Below are positions 8,970-19,422 of a stretch of 64,000 nucleotides of DNA, piece by piece. The notes below the pieces were generated by a model. That model saw only the letters and a program-made list of their open reading frames with translations, had not been told where the DNA came from and did no database searches. The stretch comes from an uncultured Candidatus Binatia bacterium. Its GTDB lineage: Bacteria > Desulfobacterota > Binatia > UBA9968 > JAJDTQ01. Numbering within the stretch: position 1 is the first letter of the stretch; each line of letters starts with the position of its first letter. Where the stretch lies: NCBI GenBank assembly GCA_964291295.2, contig OZ219754.1, positions 832,001-896,000 of the forward strand. The letters run 5' to 3'. The translations under genes and the position numbers were made by a program.

Positions 8970-11900
8970 ATGTATCTGGATCGGCGACTGCTGACGCATA
9001 CCCGCGGCGTGCGCGCACGCATTGCCGCTTCCGCCCTGCTCGGCCTGGGCTCGGCGGCCGCGGGCTTGGCGCGGCTGGTGTTCTCCGGCCTGGTGATCGC
9101 CGGGGTTCTCACCGGCGCCGCCTTCTCGCCGCTGATTCCCTGGCTGGCCGCGGTGGCCGGTTGCGTCGCGCTGCGGGCACTGCTCCAGTACCTGCGGGAC
9201 ACGGTCAGCCAGGGAACCGCAGCCCGGGTCAAGGCGAGGCTGCACCACCGGCTCTACCGCCACGCCCTCGACCTGGGTCCGGGACACTTCGACCAGGAGC
9301 GCACCGGCGACGTGCTGGTGTCGCTGGGCGAGGGGGTGGAGCGCCTCCAGGTGTTCTACGGCCAGTTCCTGCCGCAGATGATCGTGGCCGGGGTGGCGCC
9401 GGTGCTGATCTTCTTTCTCATGGCCTCCTTCGACGTGGTCATCGGTCTCATCTTCGTGGCCTTCGCCCTGCTGACGCTGGTCGCCACGCCGCTGTTCATG
9501 GTCTTCAACGAGGAGAGCAGCCGGCGCCGGCGGGCTTCCTACGGCGCCTTCGCCGCCGACTTCCTGGACAGCATCCAGGGCATTGCCACCCTGAAGATCT
9601 TCGGCCGGAGCCGCAGCCAGGGAGCGACCCTCGCGCACCGGGCGCGCCATCTCTACCGCACCACCATGGGCGTGCTGGCGGTGAACATGGCTTCCGTCGG
9701 CATCACCACCTTCGGCATTCTGGGCGGCACCGCCTGCGCCCTGGCCTGGGGCGCCCTCAAGGTCGATGCCGGCGACCTCGAGGTCCGCTCGCTGATCGTG
9801 ATCCTGATCATGGGCGCAGAGGTCTTTCGGCCCACCCGGGAGCTGATGGTTCTCTATCACCAGGGGATCGACGCCATGGCCGCGGCCCAGGGCATCTTCG
9901 CGCTGCTGGAGACGCCGGCGACGGTGTGCGAGCCGACCCCGGAACAGGCCCCGGACCGCACCGCCTTCGAGCCTGCCATCCGCTGCGAGAACGTGAGCTT
10001 CGCGTACCGGCAGGGCGGCCGTCCCGCACTCCGGGAGGTCTCCCTGGAGCTTCGCGCGGGCGAGAAGCTCGGGGTGGTGGGCCCCAGCGGAGCGGGCAAG
10101 TCCACCCTGGTGTCGCTGATGCTGCGCTTCGCCGACCCGCAGCGGGGGCGCGTGCTGCTGGGCGGCCGGGACATCCGCACCATCCCCCTGCACATCCTGC
10201 GGCGCCACATCGCGGTGGTGGCCCAGGACATGTACCTCTTCTACGGCACCATCGCCGACAATCTGCGCATGGCCAGGCCCGACGCGGACGCCGGTGAGCT
10301 CGAACGGGCGGCCCGGGCGGCCAACATCCACGAGTTCATCGCCAGCCTGCCCCAAGGCTACGACACGGTGGTGGGCGAGCGCGGCATGCGGCTTTCGGGC
10401 GGCGAGCGCCAGCGCATCGCCATCGCCCGCGCCATCCTCAAGGACGCGCCGATCCTGGTGCTGGACGAGGCGCTGTCCAGCGTGGACGCCCAGAGCGAGG
10501 CGGTGATCAACGAGGCGCTGCGCAAGCTCATGGAGGGGCGCACCACGCTGATCATCGCGCACCGCCTGTCCAGCGTCATCCACGCGGACCGCATGGTGGT
10601 GCTGGAACGGGGGCGCGTGGTGGAAACCGGCAGCCACGGCGCCTTGCTGGAGAGCGGCGGCACCTACGCCCGGCTCATGGACGCCCAGGCCCGGGGGACC
10701 CACGCCGAGGCGGTGGACGCCGAGGCGCTGGCCGAGCGCGAGACCCCGGCCACGGACAGCGCGGCCGGCCCTGCGGACCCCGCCCGGGCGCCGGCGGCAA
10801 CCGTAACCGCGCCGGCTGCCGCGGTGCTGCGCCGGCTCATCGCGCTGGTGCGGCCGTTCCGGCGCAAGCTCGCGGTCTCGTTCTCCGCCGGGGTGCTTTT
10901 CCAGGCCTCGGTGGTGGGGGTCGGCGCGGCCGGCGCGCTGCTGGTGGGCCAGTTGATACGCGGCGGCGACATCACTCTGTACCTGATCCTCCTGGGAACC
11001 CTGGTGGCGGCGGCCTCCCTGCTCTCCTGGGCCGATTGCTGGCTGCCCCACGACCTGGCCTACCAGCTACTGGCGGAGATGCGCATCGACTTCTACGACA
11101 CCCTGGAACCGCTGGCTCCGGCCTACCTGACCCGGCGCCGCTCCGGCGACTTGGCCAGCATCGCCGGCGCCGACGTGGAGACGGTGGAGCTGTTCTTCGC
11201 CCATACCATCACCCCGGCGTTCATCGCCGTGGTGGTGCCGGCGGGCATTCTCACCGTGCTGGGCTTCGTGGGCTGGCCGCTGATGCTGGCGCTGGCGCCT
11301 TTTCTGATACTGCTGGCGGCATCGCCATTCCTGGCCCGGCAGCGCTCGGAACGCTTGGGCGGCATCGTGCGCCGGGAACTCGGGCAACTCAACGCCCATC
11401 TGGTGGACAGCCTCCAGGGCATGCGCGAGGTGGTCTCCTTCGGCCACGAGAAACGCCAGCTTGCCGCCGTGCTGGCCAACAGCCTGCGGCTCGCCAAGGC
11501 CCAGCTCGCGTTCCACAAGGACCAGGCGCTTCAGGCCAGCCTCAATGAAGCGGTGACCGGCCTCGGCGCCCTGGCGGTGCTGGGCACGGGAGTGTGGCTG
11601 GCAGGCCGACTCGAGATGGACCGGGCGCTGCTGCCGCTGGCCACCGTGCTGGCGCTGCTGGCCTTCGGGCCGGTAACCGACGTCGCCCGCACGTTCAAGG
11701 AGCTGATGGAGACGCTGGAGTCCGGCCGCCGCGTGTTCGAGGTCAAGGACGAGCCCGTGCCGGTGCGGGACGGCGCCGGCGTCCCGGCACTCCCGGATGT
11801 TCCGCCGGCCATCCGATTCGACCGCGTCAGCTTCGGCTACGACGGCGGCGGCCTCGCGCTGCGGAACGTGTGCCTGGAGGTGGAGCCGGGTCAGACCGTG

Positions 11901-12611
11901 GCGCTGGTGGGCCCCTCGGGTGCCGGCAAGACCACCTGCGCCCACCTGCTGCTGCGCTTCCAGGATCCTGCCGCCGGCGCCGTAACGCTTGCCGGGCAGG
12001 ACCTCAGGGAATTCGCCCTGGACCACTTGAGGGAACATATCTCCCTGGTGTCCCAGGACACTTGGCTGTTCAACACGACGCTGCGCGACAACATCGCGCT
12101 GGGGCGGCCAGATGCATCCCGGCAACAGGTGGAGGAAGCCGCCGCCACCGCCCATATCCACCAGTTCATCAGCCGCCTGCCCGAGGGTTACGACACCAGG
12201 ATCGGCGAGCGCGGGGTGCAGCTCTCCGGCGGTCAGCGGCAACGCATCGCCATCGCCCGGGCACTGCTCAAGGACGCGCCCGTGCTGATACTCGACGAAG
12301 CCACCTCGCACCTCGACGCCATCAACGAGGAGTTGATCCACCAGGCCGTGGCGCGGCTGGCTCAGGGCCGCACCACCCTGGTGATCGCTCACCGGCTGTC
12401 CACCATCCGCGATGCCGACCGGATCGTCGTGCTCGATTCCGGCACCATCGCCGAGCAGGGCACCCACGACGAACTGCTCCGGGCCAACGGGATGTACGCC
12501 AATCTGGTCCTGACCCAGCTTGTCGGCGGCACCGGACCGGCCCGGAGGACGGAGGATCGGCGCCCCGGGTTCCCGCCGCCGCGGGAAGGAGCGGGAAGGA
12601 GACCGGCATGA
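8970..12611 (+). CDS. Fused heterodimeric ABC transporter (TMD-NBD-TMD-NBD; CydDC/IrtAB/YbtPQ-like fold)
   Basis: Two TMDs and two NBDs: GPSGAGKST/LSGGERQR/LDEAL and GPSGAGKTT/LSGGQRQR/LDEAT. Confidence 0.9.
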   Translation: MYLDRRLLTHTRGVRARIAASALLGLGSAAAGLARLVFSGLVIAGVLTGAAFSPLIPWLAAVAGCVALRALLQYLRDTVSQGTAARVKARLHHRLYRHALDLGPGHFDQERTGDVLVSLGEGVERLQVFYGQFLPQMIVAGVAPVLIFFLMASFDVVIGLIFVAFALLTLVATPLFMVFNEESSRRRRASYGAFAADFLDSIQGIATLKIFGRSRSQGATLAHRARHLYRTTMGVLAVNMASVGITTFGILGGTACALAWGALKVDAGDLEVRSLIVILIMGAEVFRPTRELMVLYHQGIDAMAAAQGIFALLETPATVCEPTPEQAPDRTAFEPAIRCENVSFAYRQGGRPALREVSLELRAGEKLGVVGPSGAGKSTLVSLMLRFADPQRGRVLLGGRDIRTIPLHILRRHIAVVAQDMYLFYGTIADNLRMARPDADAGELERAARAANIHEFIASLPQGYDTVVGERGMRLSGGERQRIAIARAILKDAPILVLDEALSSVDAQSEAVINEALRKLMEGRTTLIIAHRLSSVIHADRMVVLERGRVVETGSHGALLESGGTYARLMDAQARGTHAEAVDAEALAERETPATDSAAGPADPARAPAATVTAPAAAVLRRLIALVRPFRRKLAVSFSAGVLFQASVVGVGAAGALLVGQLIRGGDITLYLILLGTLVAAASLLSWADCWLPHDLAYQLLAEMRIDFYDTLEPLAPAYLTRRRSGDLASIAGADVETVELFFAHTITPAFIAVVVPAGILTVLGFVGWPLMLALAPFLILLAASPFLARQRSERLGGIVRRELGQLNAHLVDSLQGMREVVSFGHEKRQLAAVLANSLRLAKAQLAFHKDQALQASLNEAVTGLGALAVLGTGVWLAGRLEMDRALLPLATVLALLAFGPVTDVARTFKELMETLESGRRVFEVKDEPVPVRDGAGVPALPDVPPAIRFDRVSFGYDGGGLALRNVCLEVEPGQTVALVGPSGAGKTTCAHLLLRFQDPAAGAVTLAGQDLREFALDHLREHISLVSQDTWLFNTTLRDNIALGRPDASRQQVEEAAATAHIHQFISRLPEGYDTRIGERGVQLSGGQRQRIAIARALLKDAPVLILDEATSHLDAINEELIHQAVARLAQGRTTLVIAHRLSTIRDADRIVVLDSGTIAEQGTHDELLRANGMYANLVLTQLVGGTGPARRTEDRRPGFPPPREGAGRRPA

Positions 12612-13600
12612 CGACGAAGACCGTGCGGGTGGCCGGCGTGATCCATGGGGTGCTGACGGGGTTGACGCTGGCGCTCTCGACCCAGCTTTACGCGGCGTCC
12701 CCGCGGGTGGTCACCACGGTGGCGCCCATCACCAGCATCGTGGAGAACGTGGCCGGGGACCGGGCGCACATTGCCGGGATCGTGCCGGAAGGGGTGAACT
12801 CCCATACGTTCCGGCCGGTTCCGTCGGACGCCCGGACCATGGCAAAGGCCCATCTCATCATCATGAACGGCCTCCACCTGGAGATCCCCACGCTCAAGCT
12901 GGCGCGCGCCAACAAGCGGCGCGAGACGCCCATCCTGCTGCTGGCCGACCGTACCATCACCCGGCGGGACTACGTCTTCGACTTCAGCTTCCCCAGGGAT
13001 CGGGGACACCCCAACCCGCATCTGTGGCTCGACCCGGTGCACGTCATGAGCTATGCGCGCTTGGTGCGCGGCGCCCTGGCGGCGGCCGACCCTCGGGGCC
13101 GGACCGCCTACCGGGACAACGCCGCACGCTACCTGCAGCAGCTCGGGGCCCTGGACCGGGCCATCGCGGCGGCCGTGGCCACGGTGCCGGCACAAGACCG
13201 GCGCCTGCTCACCTATCACGACTCGTGGCCCTACTTCGCCCGGCGTTACGGCTTTGCGGTCATCGGTGCGGTACAGCCCTCCGGCTTCTCCGAGCCGAGC
13301 CCCCGGGAGGTGGCGCGGCTCATCGACCAATTGACCCGGGAGCGGGTGCCGGCGGTGTTCGGCTCAGGGGAGTTCCCCAGCCCGGTGCTCCGGCAGATCG
13401 CGCGGGAAGCAGCGACGGTGTTCGTCGACCGCCTGCGGGACGACATTCTGCCGGGGCGGCCCGGCGACCCGGCCCATTCGTACACCGGCATGATGCTCGA
13501 GAACGTCCGCACCATCGTCACCGCGTTGGGCGGCTCGGCCGATGCGCTGAAGGCGGTGGACCCGGCGCCGGTGGCGGGCCATCACGCGCGCTACCGGTAG
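12608..13600 (+). CDS. Mn/Zn/Fe ABC substrate-binding protein (TroA/ZnuA/MntC family)
   Basis: ATGA overlap with the upstream gene; NSHTF, NGLHLE, PNPHLWLDP, TYHDSWPYF, LRDD metal ligands. Confidence 0.9.
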   Translation: MTTKTVRVAGVIHGVLTGLTLALSTQLYAASPRVVTTVAPITSIVENVAGDRAHIAGIVPEGVNSHTFRPVPSDARTMAKAHLIIMNGLHLEIPTLKLARANKRRETPILLLADRTITRRDYVFDFSFPRDRGHPNPHLWLDPVHVMSYARLVRGALAAADPRGRTAYRDNAARYLQQLGALDRAIAAAVATVPAQDRRLLTYHDSWPYFARRYGFAVIGAVQPSGFSEPSPREVARLIDQLTRERVPAVFGSGEFPSPVLRQIAREAATVFVDRLRDDILPGRPGDPAHSYTGMMLENVRTIVTALGGSADALKAVDPAPVAGHHARYR

Positions 13601-13950
13601 GCCGGCGCACCGGCCTCCGGAGGCGGGCCGGAACTTGCAGGCCGCTGCCATCCCTGTCTCAATGGCACCGTGTACGGGAAGGGAGGGCCGCGCCGGGTGG
13701 CGCGGGCGCCCTTCCGATCGATGTTTTCGATCGATAATGGACGGAATCCGATGATCGACATGGCGAGGATCGACATGGACTGTCCCGTCATCGACGTGGT
13801 GGGGCCGGACCGGGAGAAGGCCCGTTGTCCGCGGGCCTGCCGGCCGGCCCTCTTCGCGCATGCGGAGATGTCAGCCGACTCCAGGCGCCGGGTTCCGCCG
13901 GCGAATCCCGGGCGCCTGTACAATCCGGTTCGTCTGGCTCAGCGGGTTCA

Positions 13951-14811
13951 GTGACTTCGGACAAGCACACCGACAGGGTCCACCGCGTCCACGGCAGGCT
14001 CCACGGGCCCCGGCCTGTCGGCGCCCGGGAGTGGAGCGAGCACGGCCAACCCTTGGTCGAACTCACGGACGTGTCCAGCGGCTACCGGCACACCCTGGGC
14101 ATCGCCCATGTCAATCTGAAGCTCTGGCCGGCCCAGTTCCTGGCCGTGGTGGGGCCCAATGGCGGCGGCAAGACGACCTTGCTGCGCACCATCCTGGGCC
14201 ATGTCCGGCCCGTGGAAGGGCGGATTACGGTCCACGGCGGTTCGTCCCTGGGACCTGCCGGGTACGTGCCGCAACTGGAGCAGATCGACCTGAGCTTTCC
14301 CATCACGGTGGAGGAAGTGGTGCTGCTGGGCCTGTCGCGGCACCGCCGGTGGTTTCGCCGCACCGCTCCGGAGGAGCGCGACCGCGCCCACGAGATCATG
14401 GAGCGTCTCAACCTGCTGGAGATGAGGAACCGCCAGATCCGGGAGCTGTCGGGAGGCCAGCAGCAGGGCGCGTTCATCGCCCGGGCGCTGCTGGGGGAGC
14501 CGGAACTGATCCTGCTCGACGAGCCCACGTCCGGGCTGGATATCCGCTCCCGCGACGAAGTGATCCACTTCCTGCACGAGATCAACCACTCGGGCGTCGC
14601 CATCCTCATCACCAGCCACGACCTCAACTGGGTGGCCGCGCACCTGCCGTGGGTGGTGTGCCTGAACCGCCGCGTGATCGCCGAGGGCGAACCCCAGGAG
14701 GTCTTCACCACCCAGGTGCTGGGGGAGACCTACAAGGGGGAGATGGTGGTGTTCCAGCACGGCGACATGATCATGGTCGGCGAACGGCCCCACTCGCCCA
14801 ACGGCGGATGA
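13951..14811 (+). CDS. Metal ABC transporter ATP-binding protein (start uncertain)
   Basis: GPNGGGKTT, GYVPQ, LSGGQQQ, LLDEPT, SHDL. Confidence 0.9.
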   Translation: MTSDKHTDRVHRVHGRLHGPRPVGAREWSEHGQPLVELTDVSSGYRHTLGIAHVNLKLWPAQFLAVVGPNGGGKTTLLRTILGHVRPVEGRITVHGGSSLGPAGYVPQLEQIDLSFPITVEEVVLLGLSRHRRWFRRTAPEERDRAHEIMERLNLLEMRNRQIRELSGGQQQGAFIARALLGEPELILLDEPTSGLDIRSRDEVIHFLHEINHSGVAILITSHDLNWVAAHLPWVVCLNRRVIAEGEPQEVFTTQVLGETYKGEMVVFQHGDMIMVGERPHSPNGG

Positions 14812-15638
14812 TGCCTGACTTGACGGGTCTCCAGGAGCCCTTTGCCTACGAGTTCTTCCGCAACGGCATGATCGCCGCGGTCATCGTCGGCGCGGTGTGC
14901 GGCTACGTCGGCGTCTACGTGGTGCTCCGGCGCATGAGCTATATCGGCCACGGGCTGGCCCACGCCCTTTTCGGCGGCGCGGTGCTGAGCACCGTGGTGG
15001 GCGTCCATTTCTTCATTGGCGCGGGCGTCTGGGCGCTGGTGAGCGCGGTGCTGATCCACCTCATCAGCCACCGCCGGCTGGTGGGCGCCGATGCCGCCAT
15101 CGGAGTGGTGACCACGGCGAGCTTCGCTCTGGGGGTGGCGGTGGTTTCCAGCTACCGGAAATTCACCCTGGACTTCGAGGCCGCGCTTTTCGGCAACCTG
15201 CTGGGCATCACCCCCCTGGACCTCCGGATCATCGCGGCCACCGCCGCCGTGGTGGTGCTGGTCATGATCGTCATCCGCCATTCGCTCCTGTTCTCGACCT
15301 TCGATCCCGAGGTGGCGCCGGTGTACGGCATTTCCACCAGCCGCACCGAACTGATCTTCATCCTGGTGCTGGCCGTCACCATCGTGGCTTCCACCCGCAT
15401 CCTCGGCGTCACCCTGGTGTCCGCCGCCGTGGTGATCCCACCGGTCATCGGCCGCTACCTGACCCAGCGGTTCCGGACCCTGTTGGTCATCACCCCGATC
15501 ATCGGCGCCCTGTGCGCGGCCTCCGGCATGTATTTGAGCTACTTCATCGACATCTCGTCCGGTGCCATGATCGTCCTCACCTTCGCACTGGTGTTCTTCG
15601 TGGTGGGAGGCCGCCGCTGGCTTCGGCGAAACCGGTAG
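14808..15638 (+). CDS. Metal ABC transporter permease (ZnuB/MntB family)
   Basis: VVLRRMSYIGHGLAH, DAAIG, LFGNLL, FDPE; hydrophobic. Confidence 0.9.
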   Translation: MMPDLTGLQEPFAYEFFRNGMIAAVIVGAVCGYVGVYVVLRRMSYIGHGLAHALFGGAVLSTVVGVHFFIGAGVWALVSAVLIHLISHRRLVGADAAIGVVTTASFALGVAVVSSYRKFTLDFEAALFGNLLGITPLDLRIIAATAAVVVLVMIVIRHSLLFSTFDPEVAPVYGISTSRTELIFILVLAVTIVASTRILGVTLVSAAVVIPPVIGRYLTQRFRTLLVITPIIGALCAASGMYLSYFIDISSGAMIVLTFALVFFVVGGRRWLRRNR

Positions 15639-15684
15639 CCGAACGGGAAACCGGCGCCTGCACTCGGCGGTCGATCATGCTTTA

Positions 15685-17187
15685 ATGAAAGAAGGGACAA
15701 GAGATGCTCCGCAGAGGTGGCTGAACTTCATGGACGAGTCGGGAAACAGGACGAGCCTTGCGGCCCGGGTGGTGCGTGCGGCCCGGGTGGGATGTGGAGC
15801 CATGATGGCTGTCGCACTGTGGGCAGTCTTGGCAGGCTGGTCCGTTGCGGCCGCGGCGGAGAGTCCCGGCGGGCTCCGCGACCTGGTCTCGCGCTACCTC
15901 ACGGCGGTGTACGCCAACGACTACGCCGAGGCCTATCAATACCTCTCGCGACCGGACCGCGCGGCCAAGAGCGAGACGGCGTATCTGAGAGAGAACCCCT
16001 CCTTCACCGGCGCGGCCGCGGAACTGGTCCGGGCGCTGGCCGAACGCATCGTGGTGGGGCCGCCGTCTTCCGAGGTTCGCGGCGACAGCGCCACGGTCCG
16101 TTTCACCGTAACCCTTCCCGACGCCAACTCCGAGGCGTTGTCGGAACTCTTCGCCGGTTTCGACAACGACGCGCTGAACCGGCTGACGCCGGCACAGCGC
16201 CGGCACATCCTCGATTCCCTCTATACCATGAGCCGCACCGGCCGCCTTCCCGTCATCCGCGGGGAAGAGTCGCTGGAACTGCTCCGGGAGGACGGCCGCT
16301 GGACCATTTTCCGCAACTGGAGCAACGCCATCCGGGTCCACTTCCACGCCGAGGTCAAGGAGGGCCTGCCCTGGGCCTTCGAGCCAGTGGCGAAACTGGT
16401 GCTGGCACAGCCGGGGGAGACCCTGCACGCCTCCTACCGCGTCCGGAATCTCTCCGACCGAACCGTGAGCGCCAAGGCGCGCCACCTGGATACACCCAAG
16501 GAGGCGGCCGCCAAGTATCTCGAAATCATACAGTGTTTCTGCTTTGTCCAGCAGACCCTGGAACCCGGCCAGGAGAGGGAGCTTCCCCTGGTGTTTCGGG
16601 TCGACTGGGACGTCCCCCGCGAGCACGACGCGTTCCACGTCACCTACCAGTTCTTTCCGAGCGACAAGTTTCCCGATGATGCCGGCCAGGACCGCGCCCC
16701 GCGCGAGGCGGTCCTTGAGATTCGGGTCAAGGACCACCGGAACGCCATCGACGATTTCCGGAGTCTGGGGTTGCGCTTCGGCAAGCTGCGGCTGGCCCCC
16801 GACGCCCGCCTCGGCTCCGCCGATCCCGGCTGGCTGGAACTGGCGCCGCAACTCGACCGCATGGACCTGACCCGCTACAAGGACGGGACGGCGGCGGCAA
16901 CGGTGTACCGGGGCAGCCTCGCGGCCCGGCGCTTTGCCGCGGTGGATCTGCGGATCGACGCCATCCACGGGATTCTCCGCAGCACCGGCGGGCGCGGCGC
17001 GGTCAAGAACGCCGTGCGCCCCATCCGCCTGGACTTCGAACTCAAGCCCGGAGCCACCACGGTGGTGGTCCTGGATCTGGAGCTGCTCGACTTGAGCGAC
17101 CACCCCGGCCGCGGCTACGAACTGCTCCTGAAGGGTTACGAGCTGTATGAAAATGACACTCTGCTCCGGAAGATTCCGCCGGGTTAG
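15685..17187 (+). CDS. Exported fusion protein: N-terminal unknown domain + Cox11/CtaG copper chaperone domain + DUF4382-like domain (start may be downstream)
   Basis: Signal-like segment, Cox11 motif IQCFCFVQQTLEPGQERELP, C-terminal LEIRVKDHR...DLTRY beta domain. Confidence 0.7.
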   Translation: MKEGTRDAPQRWLNFMDESGNRTSLAARVVRAARVGCGAMMAVALWAVLAGWSVAAAAESPGGLRDLVSRYLTAVYANDYAEAYQYLSRPDRAAKSETAYLRENPSFTGAAAELVRALAERIVVGPPSSEVRGDSATVRFTVTLPDANSEALSELFAGFDNDALNRLTPAQRRHILDSLYTMSRTGRLPVIRGEESLELLREDGRWTIFRNWSNAIRVHFHAEVKEGLPWAFEPVAKLVLAQPGETLHASYRVRNLSDRTVSAKARHLDTPKEAAAKYLEIIQCFCFVQQTLEPGQERELPLVFRVDWDVPREHDAFHVTYQFFPSDKFPDDAGQDRAPREAVLEIRVKDHRNAIDDFRSLGLRFGKLRLAPDARLGSADPGWLELAPQLDRMDLTRYKDGTAAATVYRGSLAARRFAAVDLRIDAIHGILRSTGGRGAVKNAVRPIRLDFELKPGATTVVVLDLELLDLSDHPGRGYELLLKGYELYENDTLLRKIPPG

Positions 17188-17265
17188 CGCGATCCCTCCC
17201 GGCCAGGACGCCGCACCGGAGAGTGCGTGCGGAGCCGGCAGGGGGTGCGGCACGAGGTGTGCGGC

Positions 17266-18045
17266 ATGACGCAAGGGCGCTTCGCGATCCAGGTCACCGT
17301 CGGATCGGTGCTGTTCCTCGCCCTCATCGGCTTGGTCATCCACCAGCTCCGCGCACCCGCGGCCTCGCCGCGGCGGCCCGCCCTGGAGCAGCTCCAGCGG
17401 TACGGGCCGGCACCGGACTTCTCGCTGGTGGAACGAAGCGGACGGCCCGTGTCCACCGGCGACCTCAGGGGGCGGGTCTGGATCGCGGACTTCATCTACA
17501 CCAAGTGTCAGGACTCCTGTCCGCTTCAAAGCCGCACCATGGCCGCGCTTCAGGCCGAGTTCCTGGACTACCGGGATCTGCGCCTGGTCTCCATCACCGT
17601 GGATCCGCTCACGGATTCCACCGCCCTGCTGTCACAATACGCCGACCGCTACGGCGCCGACACCGAACGCTGGCTGTTCCTCACCGGCGAGGTCCGGGAC
17701 ATCCGGCGTATCGTGCAGGACGGCTTTCGCCTGAGCGCCGCCCCGGTGGACGGCCAGACCCTTGATCCCGTGCTGTTCCACAGCGCCCGCTTCGTGCTCG
17801 TGGACCGGGACGGCGAGATCCGCGGCTATTACGACAGCACCGACCCGCAGGCGTTGGACCGCCTGCGGGAGAACGCCCGACGCCTGTTGGCGGACAAGCC
17901 CCGGGAGCCGGCGCCGCAGAACAGTGTCGTGGGGCAGAGGGGGCAGCGAGCTGCCGGAGCGCCCGCGGGCGCCCAATCGTTGAAGATCCTCTTGTCCGAA
18001 CCGGGAACCACCGGGGAGAGAAGGAGATCCGACGATGTATCCTGA
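17266..18045 (+). CDS. SCO1/SenC copper chaperone
   Basis: N-terminal TM, FIYTKCQDSCP (CxxxC), SITVDP, HSARFVLVD. Confidence 0.92.
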   Translation: MTQGRFAIQVTVGSVLFLALIGLVIHQLRAPAASPRRPALEQLQRYGPAPDFSLVERSGRPVSTGDLRGRVWIADFIYTKCQDSCPLQSRTMAALQAEFLDYRDLRLVSITVDPLTDSTALLSQYADRYGADTERWLFLTGEVRDIRRIVQDGFRLSAAPVDGQTLDPVLFHSARFVLVDRDGEIRGYYDSTDPQALDRLRENARRLLADKPREPAPQNSVVGQRGQRAAGAPAGAQSLKILLSEPGTTGERRRSDDVS

Positions 18046-18283
18046 AACCGCGCTCGTCCTGGCGATCCTCTGGTGTGGCACCTGCGGCATTGTGGCGTGG
18101 TGCATTGACCGGTCGGGCAAGGCCGTGGCGATGGGGATCATCGGCGGGCCGGTCGGCTTGTGGCTGGTGCTGCTGATGGTTCGCGGCGCGGAACTCGTCA
18201 AGGAGAAGCTGCGCGAACCCGAAACCGGACTGACCGAGACCTGGCCGACCAGGAGCGGACCGGACAACCTTGAGTGGGGCTGA
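18035..18283 (+). CDS. Small membrane protein
   Basis: RBS AAGGAG; two hydrophobic segments. Confidence 0.5.
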   Translation: MYPETALVLAILWCGTCGIVAWCIDRSGKAVAMGIIGGPVGLWLVLLMVRGAELVKEKLREPETGLTETWPTRSGPDNLEWG

Positions 18284-18537
18284 ACGCCTTCCCGGTCCGG
18301 GGACCCCTGCCCATGACCAGCGGTGGCGGAGCGGAATCCGGGTCCAACAATGGATCGCGGCGGAAAATTGCCGGCATCCTGGACGAGAATCCGGACATCC
18401 GCCCCCGCCGGCCGCATCCTGAAGCGTCCCGCGGCACACACTTCCGGGGTCGCGCTGTTGTCCTGGAATTCCGGAGTCTGATAGATTTGGCGCGAACGTG
18501 ACCAGCGGCGGGGCGCCGGACCGACCGAGGAGAGACC

Positions 18538-19422
18538 ATGGCCAAGGCAAACAAGAAGAAGGCGGGGCGCGGACCAAGGCAGCAGGCGCCGCCGGCTCCG
18601 CCAGGTCCGGACTGGGTGGTTCTGGCCTTGGCCGTGGTGGGGCTGGTGCTGGCGGGGTATCTGACCGCCACCGCGTGGTCGGGCGAGAAGGCCGCCTTTT
18701 GCGAGGCGGGCGCCGACTGCGACATCGTTCTGCACAGCCGCTGGTCGGTGCTGCTGGGCCTGCCGACATCCCTCTGGGGTTTCTTCGTCTATGCAGTGCT
18801 GGCGGCCGCGGCCTTCAGCAAGCGCCGGAGCCGGCGCTGGAAGCTCACCGTCGCGGTTTCGCTCTTCGGCGTCGGCTACAGCGTCTATCTCACGGCCATT
18901 TCCCTGTTTCGGCTGGAGGCGGCCTGCCCGTACTGCCTGACCTCCCTGGGGCTGCTTGCGGCCATCCTGGCGGTCACCCTGTTCCGGATACCGCAGGTGA
19001 GCCGGCGGCTGGCATGGCAGCCCTGGCTGGGCTCGAGCGTCGCGGCCACCGCGGTGGCAGTGGTGGCGCTGCATCTGGTCTTCTATTCGGGCACCACCGT
19101 GGTGGCCTCGGACAAGGAGGATCCCTGGATACGAGAGCTGGCCCTTCACCTGGAGAAGAGCGGCGTCAAGATGTACGGGGCGTTCTGGTGTCCCGCCTGC
19201 GAGAACCAGAAGGAACTGTTCGGGGCCTCCGCCCACCGCATCCCTTACATCGAATGCAGCCCCGCCGGCCGCAACGGCCCCACCGCCAACAAGTGTCTGG
19301 CGGCCGGGGTCCGTTCCTATCCCACATGGTTGATAAAGGGCCGCCGGCACACCGGCGTGCTGACACCGGCGGCACTGGCGGAACACGCCGGCTTTGCCGG
19401 CGTCCAGGACACGCGCGGCTGA
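18538..19422 (+). CDS. Vitamin K epoxide reductase (VKOR) family protein fused to thioredoxin-like domain
   Basis: FCEAGADCDIVLHS, CPYC, then MYGAFWCPAC...QKELFG...YIEC...SYPTW. Confidence 0.92.
   Translation: MAKANKKKAGRGPRQQAPPAPPGPDWVVLALAVVGLVLAGYLTATAWSGEKAAFCEAGADCDIVLHSRWSVLLGLPTSLWGFFVYAVLAAAAFSKRRSRRWKLTVAVSLFGVGYSVYLTAISLFRLEAACPYCLTSLGLLAAILAVTLFRIPQVSRRLAWQPWLGSSVAATAVAVVALHLVFYSGTTVVASDKEDPWIRELALHLEKSGVKMYGAFWCPACENQKELFGASAHRIPYIECSPAGRNGPTANKCLAAGVRSYPTWLIKGRRHTGVLTPAALAEHAGFAGVQDTRG

Noticed and set aside
13601-13950. GATCGA-rich spacer inside the metal ABC operon
   Set aside because: Repeats are short and irregular; no supported ORF or RNA call
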